Shown here: piece by piece, positions 28,527 to 40,855 of the stretch
Layout: each line of letters opens with the position of its first letter
Numbering within the stretch: position 1 is the first letter of the stretch
Assembly: GCA_963843575.1 (NCBI GenBank)
Contig: CAWJKZ010000019.1
Span: 96,001 to 160,000, forward strand
From: an uncultured Acidobacteriota bacterium
Lineage (GTDB): Bacteria > Acidobacteriota > UBA6911
Length of the DNA stretch: 64,000 bases
Reading direction: 5' to 3'
Made by a program: the position numbers and the translations under genes
Notes under the pieces: generated by a model
The model's database searches: none
What the model saw: the letters and a program-made list of their open reading frames with translations, nothing else
Told to the model about the DNA's origin: nothing

Positions 28527-30080
28527 ATGAGAGTGCCGGTCTATAACCCGACCGCGGTGGCGGTTGCGATTGCCGTGATCGTGCTCTCCACCGTGACCCT
28601 CAGCCTGGTCAGCTACCACTACACCGTCGGGCGCGAAAACCTGACCGAGACCTCGCTTGTCCAGACCAACATCAAACTCGCCAAGCAGACCGTCGACCGG
28701 ATCGAGCAGAAGATCATCGACAATGACCGGGTCCTGGCTGACATGGTCGACGTCAACGCGCCGGACAGCTGGCCGGCCACGGTCGATGCCATCCGCAAGG
28801 CCGACCTCAACGTCGAGCAGGTCTATTTCTTCCACCCCAGGAACAACTATCCGCTCTACCCCCAGTACTCCGACGCGATAAAGAACTCCTGGGGAGCCAT
28901 CCGGTCGGCCGTGCGCGAGCTGGATGCCGAACACCTGCAGCCCAACCAGACACACCACCTGCACAAGGAACGGCCGGACAACTACTTCTTCGCGTCTTAC
29001 GTCGTCAAGGAGAACGCACAGGGGGAGAAGTTCCTGATCTGCTTTCAGATGAATTTCGAGAAGATCGTCGCCCTGCTCGACGGCTACCTGCGCGACCTGC
29101 AGACCAACTTTTACGTCAGCATCGTCGACTTCGACAACGTCGGCGTCTACAACGAGCCGCGCAACCGTTCGGGGAAATATTTCTACGAGATGCGCTTCCC
29201 GAGCACGCTCTACAAGTGGATCCTGCAGATCGTGCCGCGCAATTACACGGAAATCGAGAGCAAGGTGAGCAACCAGCGCCGCACGAACCTCTTTTTCATC
29301 ATTCTGAGCACTTCGCTGATCTTCTTCAGCCTGGCTGTGATATATGTGGCCAGCCGGCGCGAGCGCCAGCTGCGGCAGCTGAAGGAGGATTTCATCGGGA
29401 ACGTCAGCCACGAGCTGAAGACGCCGCTGTCGCTGATCCGCATGTTCAGCGAGATCCTGACCACGGGGCGCGTCAAGACGGAAAAGACCAAGGAGGAGTA
29501 TTACGAGATCATCCACAACGAGAGCGACCGGATGACCCGCCTGATCAACAACCTGCTCGATTTCGCCAGCCTGGAGCGGGACGGCAAACGGCAGCACATT
29601 TGAAAGGACGAACATCGCGACAGCTGGTGGCCAAGGAGATCGGAGGCGTACCGCTACCGGATCCAGAAGGAGGGGTTCCAGGTCGCGTCCGGAAATCGAA
29701 CCCGATATCCCGGACACCTTCGCGGACCCCAACGCCATCACGATGGCCTTTTCGAACCTGCTCGACAACTCGGTGAAGTATTCCGGGGATCAGAAGAAAG
29801 ATCCTCGGTCCGCGTGCGCCGCAGCAACGGTTTCATGGATCTGGCAGTCCAGGACAGAGGGCTGGGCATACCCTCGGACGAGCAGCAGAAGATGTTCGAG
29901 AAGTTTTATCGCGGCAACAACGCCGTCGCCCGGAGGATCCGCGGCAGCGGCATCGGCCTCTCGATCACCAAGAACGTGGCGGAGATGCACGGCGGCGACG
30001 TGCTGGTCGAGAGCGAGCCCGGCAAGGGAAGCACGTTCACTCTCCGCATCCCGATCCGGCCGCCGGAGGCCGCGGCCTGA
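28527..30080 (+). CDS. membrane sensor histidine kinase; frameshifts at 29600-29810
   Basis: two TMs, H-box NVSHELKTPL, N-box NLLDNSVKYS, G-boxes DRGLGIP and GSGIGL. Confidence 0.88.
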
Positions 30081-30137
30081 TTCCGCGGCTGCGGCCTCCC
30101 AACGGGGGTCACGCGCAACGCCGCCACGGAACCCGAC

Positions 30138-30824
30138 ATGCAGAAGATCCTGATCATCGAAGATGAGAACGAGATGGCCCGCGGGCTCAGGGATATTCTT
30201 GAATTCGAAGGATACGAGGTCCTTTCCGCCGAGAACGGGAAGGATGGGCTGGAATGCGCGTCCGCGGGCAGAGCCGGACTGCATCATTCTCGACCTGATG
30301 CTGCCCGATCTCAACGGCTATCAGGTGTGCGAGGAGATCCGCCGCCGAAATGCCCAAGCGCCCATCCTGATGCTGACGGCCAAGGCCCAGGACTACGACA
30401 AGATCCGCGGGTTTTGAGGTGGGCGCCGACGATTACCTGACCAAGCCGTTCAGCGTCGGCGAGTTGCTGGCCCGTGTGATGGCTCTGCTGCGCCGCAGCG
30501 TCCAGTACGCGCAGGAGATCGACGTCGTGCAGGGTCGGATCGAGCTCAGTGGACGTGAAGCACTTCAGGGTCCGACGCGGCAAGAAGGAGCACTCCCTCT
30601 CGCATTATGAGGTCGGAGATGCTGAAACTGCTCTATGCAAATGCAGACCAGCCGGTGTCGCGCGATGAGATACTGGAGAAAGGTCTGGGGAACCGAGAAC
30701 TATCCCACCAACCGGACCGTGGACAACTTCATCGTCAAAGCTGCGCAAGAAGATCGAGGACGACTACAGGAACCCGCGACACATCTTGACCATCTACGGC
30801 GTAGGGTACAAGCTCAGCCCATGA
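30138..30824 (+). CDS. OmpR-family response regulator; several frameshifts
   Basis: [46 protein letters not shown]. Confidence 0.85.
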
Positions 30825-32043
30825 ACTTCTTCGCCGACTCTCCTGCGGATGCTTGCCTTTCGGCCGGTGCCCTGCGCGCGGTGGCCGAAGGAAGCGCGCT
30901 GTCGGCGAGGATTGCTCTGTCTGTCGGCCGGATTCCTCGTGTTTGCCCTGGTCCGGAACTCGGTTTATGCGGTCTCCAGGAGCCATGCCCGGAGGGTCAG
31001 CCCGGTATCCTGCGATTCGCTTTTCCAGCTGAACCTCATCCAGGCGGTCGCTTTTTTTGTCCCTGGTTTACGTCCCTGCGATGATCGCCTGAGCAATTCC
31101 ATTGCCGGCGACGGGCTTGGTTTTTCCATCTCCGGCGAGGAATACCAGTCTCACATCTCCGCTCTTTTTCCCCTGTGGGGAGGCTGTTTCTGCTGGCGGC
31201 CCCGCTTCAGTGGCTCATGCCGCAGTTCCTCGTGCTTGCCGGCGGATTCTTCGGAATCAGCATCGGCCTGCTCATCCTGATCGTGCTGCTGGCGGTCTAT
31301 TCGATCTGGGCCATCAGGGAGCTGAACTATCTCTCCGCGGCGGCGGCCCTGGCCGTTTTGTGCTTTCGTGGCTCACTCTGCCCGTATTTTACCTGCTGTC
31401 GTTCTTCCTGTTTGCCCTGCCGCTGTTCATCATGATCCCGCTGGTTTATCTCGCTGTTTCAGCGCTGGCGTGGCCTGACTCCAGGCCGGGCGTCAGGAGA
31501 AAGCGATTTCCAGCAGCACCTGCAAGCGCTGACGGCCAATCCGCAGGACGCGGACGCTCATCACCAGCTGGGATCCTGCACGCCTTAAGCGGGGAAACCT
31601 GGAGAGCCGCCGGAGCTACTTCGGAGCAGCGCCAGCAAGATCGATCCCGGGAGATCCGGACTACCATTACCAGCTCGGCCGTGTCCTGGAAGCTCGGGCG
31701 ATTGGCCGCAGGCGCTCGAACAGTACGAGGAAACCTACCGCTGAACCCCGACTACGGCCTGGGGGACATTTTCCGCGAGGTCGGCAAGGCATATCTGCAC
31801 ACCGGGAAGGCCGGAAAGGCAATCGAGTTTCTCGTTTTTCCTCGAACAGCGCGCGTCGGACCCGGAAGGGCAGGTACTGGCTGGCGGTGGCGCTGCAAGA
31901 TAGCCGGCGCGACCCGAGGAAATGAGGGTCCAGCTGCCACCCTCCTGGAGCAGGCCCGCTCCAATCCCAGGTTCTTCCGCAGGGAAAACCGCGAGTGGAT
32001 CTACCGCGCGGGACCGCCTCGCTCCGATCGGCGGCGGCCGTGA
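30821..32043 (+). CDS. membrane protein with C-terminal TPR repeats; heavily frameshifted
   Basis: hydrophobic segments (31175..31435) followed by TPR-like pieces ([34 protein letters not shown]); ATGA overlap with the regulator. Confidence 0.6.
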
Positions 32044-32169
32044 CGGCGAGTTACAACTGGTTTACAATCTAGGACATTGTGGTGACAACCAGCCGGTGGG
32101 AGTCCCCTATACTCCCGCCGCATTATCGGGGAGACCTATGCACCTTTTCGGGATCACCGGCATCGGCTT

Positions 32170-33739
32170 ATGAGAAGTTTCTCAGGACGGGGAACATCTC
32201 CTACCTGTACCAGATGGATCGCTTTCGACGTCGGCGATCGTGACGGCCTACTTTGTGATCCTGGCGATCCTCAGCTTCTACGGGATGCATCGGTACATCA
32301 TGGTGTTCCTCTTCCACCGCCACCGGCAAGAACGTGGCGCGACCGCGAAGGCGCAGTTTCGAGGAACTGCCACGGGTTACGGTTCAGCTCCCCTCCTACA
32401 ACGAGATGTACGTCATGGAGCGGGTGATCGACGCCGTCTGCTCCTTCGATTATCCCGAGGATCGGCTCGATATCCAGGTGCTGGATGACTCGACGGATGA
32501 GACCCACGGTGATTGCGCCCGCGCGCCGTGGAACGATGGCGCAGCCTGGGGTTGGACATCCATTACATCCATCGGGAGGATCGCAGGGATTCAAGGCGGG
32601 CGCCCTGGAGAACGGGCTGAAGACGGCCAAGGGCGAGTTCATCGCGATTTTCGATGCGGATTTCGTTCCCGAGCCGGATTTTCTGCAAAAGGCCATCCAC
32701 CACTTCACCGACCCGCGCGTCGGTATGGTGCAGGGGCGGTGGGAGCACCTCAACCGCGAGTACTCGTTTCTGACCCGGACCCAGGCCATTTTCCTCGACG
32801 GCCACTTCATGCTCGAGAGCTTCACCCGCTTTCTCGAGCGGACGCTTTTTCAACTTCAACGGGACCGCCGGAATCCTGCGGCGCGACGACGATCGAAGAC
32901 GCCGGCGGGTGGCAGCACGACACCCTGACGGAAGACCTCGACCTCAGCTACCGCGCCCAGATGAAGGGCTGGAAGTTCGTTTTCCTGCCGGACTGCGCGT
33001 GCCCGCCGAACTGCCCGTCGAGATGAATTCATTCAAGTCGCAGCAGTGCCGCTGGGCCAAAGGGTGCGATGCAGACCTGCAAGAAGTTGCTGCCGACGCT
33101 GCTGCGCGGCGATTTCCGCGCGGCGGAGAAGATGGAGGCCTGGTACCACCTGACGGGCAACATCTCGTATCCGCTCATGGTCGTCCTCTCCGTTGTCCTC
33201 TTCCCCGCGCTGGTGATCCGGTTTAACCAGGGGTGGTTCGAGCTGCTGCTCATCGACCTGCCGCTTTTCATCCTCTCCTTCAGCAGCGTGACGACGTTCT
33301 ACATCGTCTCCCAGCGCGCGTTGCACAAGGACTGGCGCCGGCGGCTGCGTACCTGCCCGGGCTCATGGCCGTCGGCATCGGGCTGACCGTAAGCGGCGCA
33401 AAAGCGGTCCTGGAGGGCGCCTTCGGGATTCAGACGCCGTTTGTGCGCACGCCCAAGTTCTCGGTGGAAGGGAACAGGGGCGATTGGAAGCGCAAGAAAT
33501 ACCGCGGCAAGGTCGGGTTGCTCGCCTTCATTGAGTTGACCCTCGGCCTCTACTTCACCGCTCGTCACGTTGTATGCCTGGGATCTGGGCATCTACGGCG
33601 TCATCCCGTTTCTGCTCTGTTCCAATTCGGCTTCCTCTACACCGGGTTCTTTTCGCTTTCCCAGGGGCTGAAGCACATCAGTTGGCCCGCCCCCATCGCC
33701 CGGCTCCACGCGCTGGTCGTCCGCCCCGACGCCCAGTAG
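32170..33739 (+). CDS. GT2 cellulose-synthase-like glycosyltransferase; heavily frameshifted
   Basis: [45 protein letters not shown] (QxxRW), RTPK. Confidence 0.85.
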
Positions 33740-33769
33740 GGCGCCCGCACCCTTCGAAGTACGGAATGC

Positions 33770-33873
33770 GGTGTGCGGCGCCTCGGCGTCGCTTCTGCCT
33801 GCACCGCTGGAACCTCGGCCCGTGGCGGTTGTTCAAAGGGGCGTGTTTCCAGCATCGACCTTTGGACAGCCTC
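33770..33873. repeat. degenerate REP family 2 plus connector-motif hairpin
   Basis: GGTGTGCGGCGCCTCGGCGTCGCTT (33770..33794); imperfect inverted repeat GCGGTTGTTCAAAGG/CCTTTGGACAGCCTC (33825..33873). Confidence 0.55.
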
Positions 33874-33887
33874 TTCAGCGCGGGTCC

Positions 33888-34496
33888 CTAGAACGGGCGG
33901 TTGCGCAGGCGCTGGAGGAGCGCCTCGAATTCCGCAGGGGTGTCGATGTCCTCGACCGTTCCGGGATCGTCCGTCTCCAGGAAGGCCGTGTCTTTTTCAT
34001 AGCTCCGGATCAGCTCCTTGGGGCTATGGTCTACCGGCAGGGCCAGCAGCTCCTGGCACAGGCGGGTGCCGAACAGCGCAGGGTGTCCCCGTTTCCCCCG
34101 GCACCGAGGCATGGCGGCGGCGGCCCCGCTGTCGTCGAACAGCCCGATCAGCCGGCGAACGGTCTCCTCGCGGATTGCCGGTTGGTCGACCGGCCAGACG
34201 AGGCACGCGCGAAATGTCCCGGCGTTTCTGAGGGCGAGCTGCAGCGAGGATATCTGCCCCTGCTCCGGGTGCGGATTGAGCGCGACGCGCAGGTCGCGGC
34301 CGACGAGGTGCGGTTGGATCAGGGTGGCGTGCTTCCCCACGATCACGACCGGGCGGGCGAGCGGCAGCCTTCCTATCCCGTCAAGAATGACGTCGACGAA
34401 CGTCGCGGGCCCGAGGCGCAGCAGCGCTTTCGGAAACCCCATGCGGCGCGAATCCCCGGCCGCCAGCACCAGCGGAACAATCGGCAGTTCCGGCAA
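33888..34496 (-). CDS. MocA/MobA-like NTP transferase (molybdenum cofactor cytidylyltransferase family)
   Basis: LAAGDSRRMGFPKALL, GQISSL, PVDQP, GHP, DIDTP. Confidence 0.85.
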   Translation of the reverse strand: MPELPIVPLVLAAGDSRRMGFPKALLRLGPATFVDVILDGIGRLPLARPVVIVGKHATLIQPHLVGRDLRVALNPHPEQGQISSLQLALRNAGTFRACLVWPVDQPAIREETVRRLIGLFDDSGAAAAMPRCRGKRGHPALFGTRLCQELLALPVDHSPKELIRSYEKDTAFLETDDPGTVEDIDTPAEFEALLQRLRNRPF

Positions 34497-34568
34497 TCGT
34501 CCCCCCTTCTGCGCGCGGCCTCTCATTCTGGGTGCGCGCCGCCGGCCCCTGTGCTTAAATCAGCGGGC

Positions 34569-36071
34569 ATGAAGCGATTCTACCCCGTAGCCATCCTTTT
34601 ACTCGCTGTTTGTTCGATCGGGCCATCGACCGGCTGCGCCGCCCGTCCGCCGGCGCGCCCGGTGGCGCCGGCGCAGGCCGTGGACGCGCTGGGGCAACTG
34701 CGCCAGGACCTGGCGCGCGTGTTCGACGACGTCAGTTTCGGCAACGCGCAGTGGGGGGTCGAGATAGCCTCGCTCGACAACGGCCAGGTGCTTTTCGAAC
34801 GCCACAGCGCCCGGCTCTACATGCCTGCTTCCAACAACAAGCTCCTGACGGGCGCTGCCGCGCTGGTCCGGCTGGGCCCCGACTTCCGGTTCCAGACGCG
34901 CATCATGACCGACGGAACCGCTTCCGGCGGAGTGTTGCGGGGCAACCTCGTCGTGGTCGGCGCCGGCGATCCCGCCACCGCCCCGCGGTTTCACGGGGGC
35001 GACCCGTTCCGGGTCTTTCGCGACTGGGCGGGGCAATTGAAGCAGAGAGGCATCTCGCGCATCGAGGGGAAGCTCGTCGGCGACGACGGAGCCTTCGCAG
35101 AACCGCCGGTCGGCCGCGCTTGGGCTTGGGACGACCTGGCCTACGGTTACGCGGCCCCGGTCACCGCCCTCCAGTTCAACGAAAACCTGCTGACCCTCGA
35201 GGTCACCCCGGGACCCGCCCCCGGGACACCGGCCGGCGTCAGGGTCCTGCCTGTGCCGGATTTCCTGAACGTGGAGGCCTCCGTCACGACCGCGGCGGCC
35301 GGCACCCTCCCCAACCTCGATCTGCTCCGCGGCGAGGGCGAAACCGTGCGGGTGGCCGGCACGGTGCCCGCAGGCGGCGCGCCCGTCGAACGCACGGTCG
35401 CGGTCCGCTCGCCTGCGCATCTCTACCTGACGGCGTTGCGCCGCGTCCTCGATGAGGAGGGCATAGCGGTTGCCGACGGCATCTCGGCGACGCGCAACTC
35501 GGATCTTTCTCACCTCACGATGCTGTGGAGCCACGCGTCGCCCCCCCTTGCCGAGATCCTCAAGCCCCTCCTCAAGGTCAGCCAGAACCTCTACGCCGAA
35601 ACCATGGCCCGGACCATGGGTCTGGAGGCCTCGGGGTCGGGGAGTTTCGCAAAGGGCCGGGAAGTCGTCGAACAGGTGCTCGGGCTCATGGGGATAGAGC
35701 GGGGCGGCTACGCCTATGCCGACGGTTCCGGTCTGTCGCGGCTGAACCTGGTCAGCGCGGACCTGGTCGTCCGGCTTCTGAAATACATGCATCGTCACCC
35801 CTCTTTCCCGCAGTTCTACGACGCCCTCCCGGTCGCCGGGGTGGACGGCACCATCGCCGAGAGAATGAAAGGCACTCGTGCGGCAAATAACGTCCGGGCC
35901 AAGACCGGCACCCTCGCGTACGTGCGCTCATTGTCCGGATATGTGGAGACGGCCGACGGCGAGACGCTCGCTTTTTCGATGATCGCGAACAATTTCCTGG
36001 TTTCCTCGGCGTCGGCGGAGTACGTCCAGGATACGGCGCTGCAGCGGTTGGCCACGTTCAGCCGGAAATGA
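34569..36071 (+). CDS. dacB: D-alanyl-D-alanine carboxypeptidase/endopeptidase PBP4 (peptidase S13)
   Basis: signal peptide; PASNNK (SxxK), SQN, DGSGLSR, AKTGTL. Confidence 0.92.
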   Translation: MKRFYPVAILLLAVCSIGPSTGCAARPPARPVAPAQAVDALGQLRQDLARVFDDVSFGNAQWGVEIASLDNGQVLFERHSARLYMPASNNKLLTGAAALVRLGPDFRFQTRIMTDGTASGGVLRGNLVVVGAGDPATAPRFHGGDPFRVFRDWAGQLKQRGISRIEGKLVGDDGAFAEPPVGRAWAWDDLAYGYAAPVTALQFNENLLTLEVTPGPAPGTPAGVRVLPVPDFLNVEASVTTAAAGTLPNLDLLRGEGETVRVAGTVPAGGAPVERTVAVRSPAHLYLTALRRVLDEEGIAVADGISATRNSDLSHLTMLWSHASPPLAEILKPLLKVSQNLYAETMARTMGLEASGSGSFAKGREVVEQVLGLMGIERGGYAYADGSGLSRLNLVSADLVVRLLKYMHRHPSFPQFYDALPVAGVDGTIAERMKGTRAANNVRAKTGTLAYVRSLSGYVETADGETLAFSMIANNFLVSSASAEYVQDTALQRLATFSRK

Positions 36072-36202
36072 AAGGGGCGTCCCGGCGTTGCCGGCAGGAA
36101 AACAAAAAAATTTTCGTGGAGGACACGGGAAACACTGGATTCAATCAGCCGTGCTCTCGTTTGCGGTGGACGCCAGGCTGGCTCCTTCCGTGTCGCGACG
36201 GG

Positions 36203-37995
36203 TCAGAAGATCCTGCCGTGCCTTTCCTGCACGGGGCGGCTCAAGTCGAGGACCACGCCGCCGAGCACTACCCGAACCGGCCTGCAGCGGGCCAAGTCCG
36301 GCGGGGTGGGCCCGTCCGAGTCCACGGTCCAGATGACGAGGTCCGCGGCGGCGCCGGGCGCAATCGCGCCTCGCCCTGGGATCCGGAACCGGCGGGCAGC
36401 CTCGGACGTCCACCGCGGCAGCGTCTCGGCCGGGTCGCCCGACAGCTCCGCCGGGGCGCGGTACCGTTCGGCTTCGGCGCGGGTGAAGGTGTCCATGCCG
36501 AACCAGCGGGGGATCTTGATGGAGCGGGCCGGGTCGGCGGTTCCCGGGCCCAGCACCCAGCCCCTGGCGCCGGCGGCGAACCACTCGGCAAGCAGCAGCT
36601 CCCAGTCGGGGCCCGCGCCCGGAGAAGCCCCGGTCACGACGAAGCCCGAGTTCACCATTCCAGCCGTCGAGTGCAGGCGGACTGCAGCCGGGGACCGCGC
36701 CGGGAGGTTGTCCCCGGGAATGCTGCGCAGGACGGTCAGGACGCCGCGCCTCAGGTAGGCTTCGTCCGCGGCCGGGTCGTTTGCCCCCGTCGTTGCAGGA
36801 TCCCAGGCGATCAGCCCGGGGGTGATCAGGGTGCCGGCGCAGTCCATCGACTGGTGTGCGGTGTAGACCCCCAGGTCCCCGATGTCGGCGATGATCGCCG
36901 CGCCCCGCGCTCCCCGGCGCGCATCTCCCCGTATGGCGATGTCACCCTTGAACACGGGTGCCGCGCCGGTGTAAATCCACGCGTTCCTCAGCAGCAGGTC
37001 GAATATCGGGGTGTCGCTGTTCAATTTCAGGGCGTCGAACACCGCGGGGTTCGCCTGTCCGATGCGCCCGGTGGCCAGCGAATCGAGCACCGCGAGGATC
37101 CCGACGAAGTTCAGCTTCACCGGGAAACCGGGGCCTTGTTCGAACGAGTATCCACCGCTTTCGATCAGGACGACCGGGGTTCCCCACTGGGTGAGGTTGT
37201 CGCCGAATGCGCGCGGGTTGTACGACTCGTCGTAACGCGAGATGTGACCGTAGGCGAATGGCGACAGCGCGTCGTAGAGCACGGCCGCGACCCTCCGGGT
37301 CAACAGGGAATCACCGTCCCCGGGTGCGGCGCCGGCCCCGACCGCCAGCAGCGCGATGGTGGCCACCTGGCCCGTGTCCCCTACGGTCGTGAGGCTGTTC
37401 TGGTCGTGCAGGTTGAAGCCGAGGAACGGAAGATATCGGTCGCGTACGGATTTGAGCACCCGCCCCTCGGGAGTCTGCAGGGCGCGCGCATCCCGGTTGA
37501 TGTCGATCTCCTGGGCGTTGCGCCGCTGGCTGAGCTCCGCGCCGTCCGGGTTCAACATCGGGATGCAGAGCAGCGTGTACTTCCCGAGGATTGCTTCGAC
37601 CCAGGGCTCGCCGCGGTGGCGGCACAGGAAATGGAAGAGGTCCAGCAGGGAACTGGTCGCGGTGGCTTCGTCGCCGTGCATTTGGGACCAAAGGAGGATC
37701 TTGTCCGCCCCGGTACCCATCGTCACCAGGTAGAGTTCCCGGCCACGCACCGACTTCCCCGGCCTCCTCGAGACGGGCGCTCCCGGGGGAACTCCGCGAC
37801 CAGCGCCTGGAGCCTCGCGCTCGGTCCACGTGGGTCAGCGGAGCACGGATCGTCCGGCGAGACACGCTCCTTTTCCCGCAGGGCTGCCAGCCGTCTCGCC
37901 CTCGACCTCGTAAAGGTCCCCCGCCGGGAGGGATCGGCAGCCGCCAGCAAAGCGGATCCGAAAGCGAAACCCGCGAACCACGTCGATGCGTCCAT
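36203..37995 (-). CDS. M14 zinc carboxypeptidase-like domain fused to a degenerate amidohydrolase domain; frameshift(s) near 37760-37920
   Basis: QMHGDE, NPDG, DINRD, NLHDQ; then LLLRNAWIY..GDIAI..TPGLI and GAIAPGAAADLVIW. Confidence 0.75.
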
Positions 37996-38085
37996 CTCGT
38001 CCCTCGCATTCGCTGTTCCGGACTGCTATGGTATCAGAACGGGCCGGCCGCCACGGCAATTTGCATCCCGGCCTCCCCTTTGTCT

Positions 38086-38656
38086 ATGATGAAAACACTA
38101 ATCCTATCCATGATCTGGCTGGCGCAGCTGCCCCCAAAACCAATCGCGCCCCCGCCGCCCGCCGCGAACCGCGCGCCGCTGGACAAGAGCGCCTACTTCG
38201 CTTTCGTGGACCGCGAGTACATCTTCACCATCGAGATGGTCAAGCCGGGCGTACCCCTGTTCAACTTCATCTCGATGACCGACGCCGAACAGCTGCTCCC
38301 CGCGAAAGAGGTCCGGCTGACGCTCGACGGCCGGAAAGCCCCCGGCAAGTTCTTCCTGGTCGACACGGGCAATCCCAAGGAGCCCGTGATCATCCCGTCG
38401 GTCCGGCTGCGACCGAAGTCCTCGTTTGGCGTGCGGCTGCAGGGGGAATTCGGCGACACCCGGGAGTTGCTCGGCGTCACCGTGCGCTGCGGTCCGGACG
38501 ATTTTCCCCTCGTGCCCCTGTCGAGTTTCGGACTTCGAGAACCTGGCCCTCAAGGTCAACCGTCTCAACCTCGGATCCCCGGACCTGCGGGACGATTGGC
38601 GGGTCCTCAAACTCGAGGCGATGGGGACCAGGGCGCCGGCCGGCCGGCGCCGCTGA
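38086..38656 (+). CDS. hypothetical secreted protein; frameshift near 38530
   Basis: MMKTLILSMIWLA N-terminus, strong GC3 bias; continues in ORF 38426..38656. Confidence 0.65.
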
Positions 38657-38682
38657 ACTGCGTTTTCCCTGCCACAGGACGA

Positions 38683-38930
38683 TCCGGGCTTTCAGCCTGG
38701 ACGGAGTTTGCGGTGCTGAAGTACTCTGGAGTGCGGCGCCTCGGCGCCGCTTTCCGCTCGTCCTGCGGCAGGAATGCTCGGCGCCTCGGCGCCACGCCGG
38801 AATGCGAGGTTGCAGCCCTGCGACTTACAGCCTGAGGCGGCGCCGAGGCACCGCCAAAGCGGCGTCGAGCCGCCGCACTCGACGATAAACGTTGGACAGC
38901 CCCTTTCAGCCCGGAGATTTTCTGCGGTCG
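38683..38930. repeat. composite (BIME-like) repeat: family-1 arm + family-2 REPIN + connector + family-1 arm
   Basis: TCCGGGCTTTCAGCCTGGACGGAGTTTGCGG (from 38683); GGAGTGCGGCGCCTCGGCGCCGCTTT (38728..38753) paired with AAAGCGGCGTCGAGCCGCCGCACTC (38856..38880); CGTTGGACAGCCCCTTTCAGCCCGG...TGCGGTCGC. Confidence 0.75.
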
Positions 38931-39039
38931 CCCTGCCAAGCCCGCGGCGACGGTCGAAAGAGAGCCGGGGAATAGATGCTATCTCTGGGGCCGCGTCGAG
39001 CCGACGCGGCCCACTTTCTTGGACAGTGGTTCGTGAGGG

Positions 39040-40855
39040 TCAGTCGGCCAGGAAGATGCGGTTGCCCCCTTGCCCCTTGGCCCTGTACATGGCGAGGTCG
39101 GCCTTCTCGATGAGCTGTTCCGCCTCGGTGGTGGGGGCGAACTCGGCGATGCCGACGCTGGCGGTGATCTGCCCGCTGAAGGTGCTGGCTCAAGTGCGAG
39201 AGTATCCGCTCGGTGACGATGCGAGCCTCGCCGCTAGTGGTTTCCGGCATCATGATGGTGAACTCGTCCCCGCCGTAACGAAAACACATGTCGACACTCG
39301 CACGCACGAGGCTGCGGATCAGGGTGGCGGTCTCGCGCAGTGCCTGGTCGCCCCGCACGTGTCCGCGGCTGTCGTTGTACTGCTTGAGGCCGTCCAGGTC
39401 GAAGAAGCAGAGCGAGAAGGTGCGGTTGAACCTCCGGCTGCGCTCGATTTCGCTTGCGAGCGCCGAGAAGAAGCGGCGCTGGTTGAACAGACCCGTGAGG
39501 TCGTCGGTGATCGACAGGGCTTCGAGCCGCTGGTGCAGCAGGACGGTCTCGGTGACGTCGCGTACGAGGCAGAGGAACCCGACAGGGTCGTTGTCCGAGT
39601 TGTACACCCGCTGGATCGTCACGTCGAGGTAGGCCTGACCCGTGCTGGTGGCGTGGTAGAGACGGCTTCTCTCCAGCAGGGAAGACACGGGATCGGAGAT
39701 GAACGCGGACAGTTCCTCCTGGAACCGCGAGTTGGCGAAGAGAGTCAGGATGTCCTTGCCGACGATCTGCTGGCGCGGCATGTGAAAGATCTGTTGGGCG
39801 CCGATCGAAACCGTGATGATGTAGCCGTGCAGGTCGGTGGAAATGATGGCGGCGTCTTTGGCGGACTGCAGGATGGCCTGCATGTACTCGTTGGACTGGT
39901 GCGCGTGCTGGAACTGGCGCAGGTTTTCAAACGCCGAGGCGATCAGCGACGCCAGCCCTTCCATGGTGTTCAGGTCCTCGGGCGGAAAGGCGTCGAGCCG
40001 GCTGCTCTCGAAGGACAAAACGCCGAGCAGGTTTCCGCGCACCCTCAAAGGGACGACCAGGTGGCTCCCCCGGGCCTGCCCCTTGCCGTCCTCGCCGACG
40101 AGGTTGTTGTTGTAGAGCATCTTCTCCTGCCGCAGGCACTCCTCGACCATCGTGGGGGCGGCGTCCGGGGGGGCGGCTTTGCCCCCCTTGCAGGCGTGGC
40201 CCACGAGCTGGAGCGGTTCCTGCTTCGGCCCGAGGCGCCACATCTGCACCCGGTCGTAGTCGAATCCCCTGCGCAGCAGTTCGGCGGTGCAGCGCAGGAA
40301 CTCGCCCACGTCCTCGACCAGGACCGCCTGCTTGGCGATTTCGCTGACGATCTCCAGCTGGCGGCCGTGTCGCCGCTCCATGTAGTGGGTGTCGGAGTTC
40401 TCGACCGCGAGGGCGAGGTGCGTCGCCAGGTGGCGCACAAATCGATGTTCGGCGGAGGAAAACTCCCGGGCGACGGCGAGCCCCACGACGAGCACGCCCT
40501 TGCGCTTGCCCTGCCAGTTCAGCGGCAGATAGGCGGCCGCCAGGTCATCCGGCCCCAGGAGATACGCCCGTTCCGCGCCGTCCTGGCGGCTCGACTCCCC
40601 GAAAACGGCGGCGACCTGCCGCTGCTCGGCAAGCGAGGTGCGCAGCCGTGAGTCCTCCAGCGGGACGATCTTCGGCCCGATCAGGGGGGCATCCGGATCG
40701 GTTTCCACCGAGTAGAGCGTGACCGTGATCTCGCTGGCCCGCTGCTGCACGAGGGTAAGCCGCCCGACGGCAAGCCGCTCCTCCAACATCCCGCGGCAGT
40801 TGCGCAGGATGTCCTCCAGGACGAGCGATCCGTACACCGAGGTTGCCAGCCGCAT
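39040..40855 (-). CDS. GAF-GAF-PAS-GGDEF diguanylate cyclase; frameshift near 39180
   Basis: DDLTGLFN, DLDGLKQYNDSRGH..GD, RYGGDEF; C-terminal ADLAMYRAKGQGGN in the adjacent frame. Confidence 0.87.
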
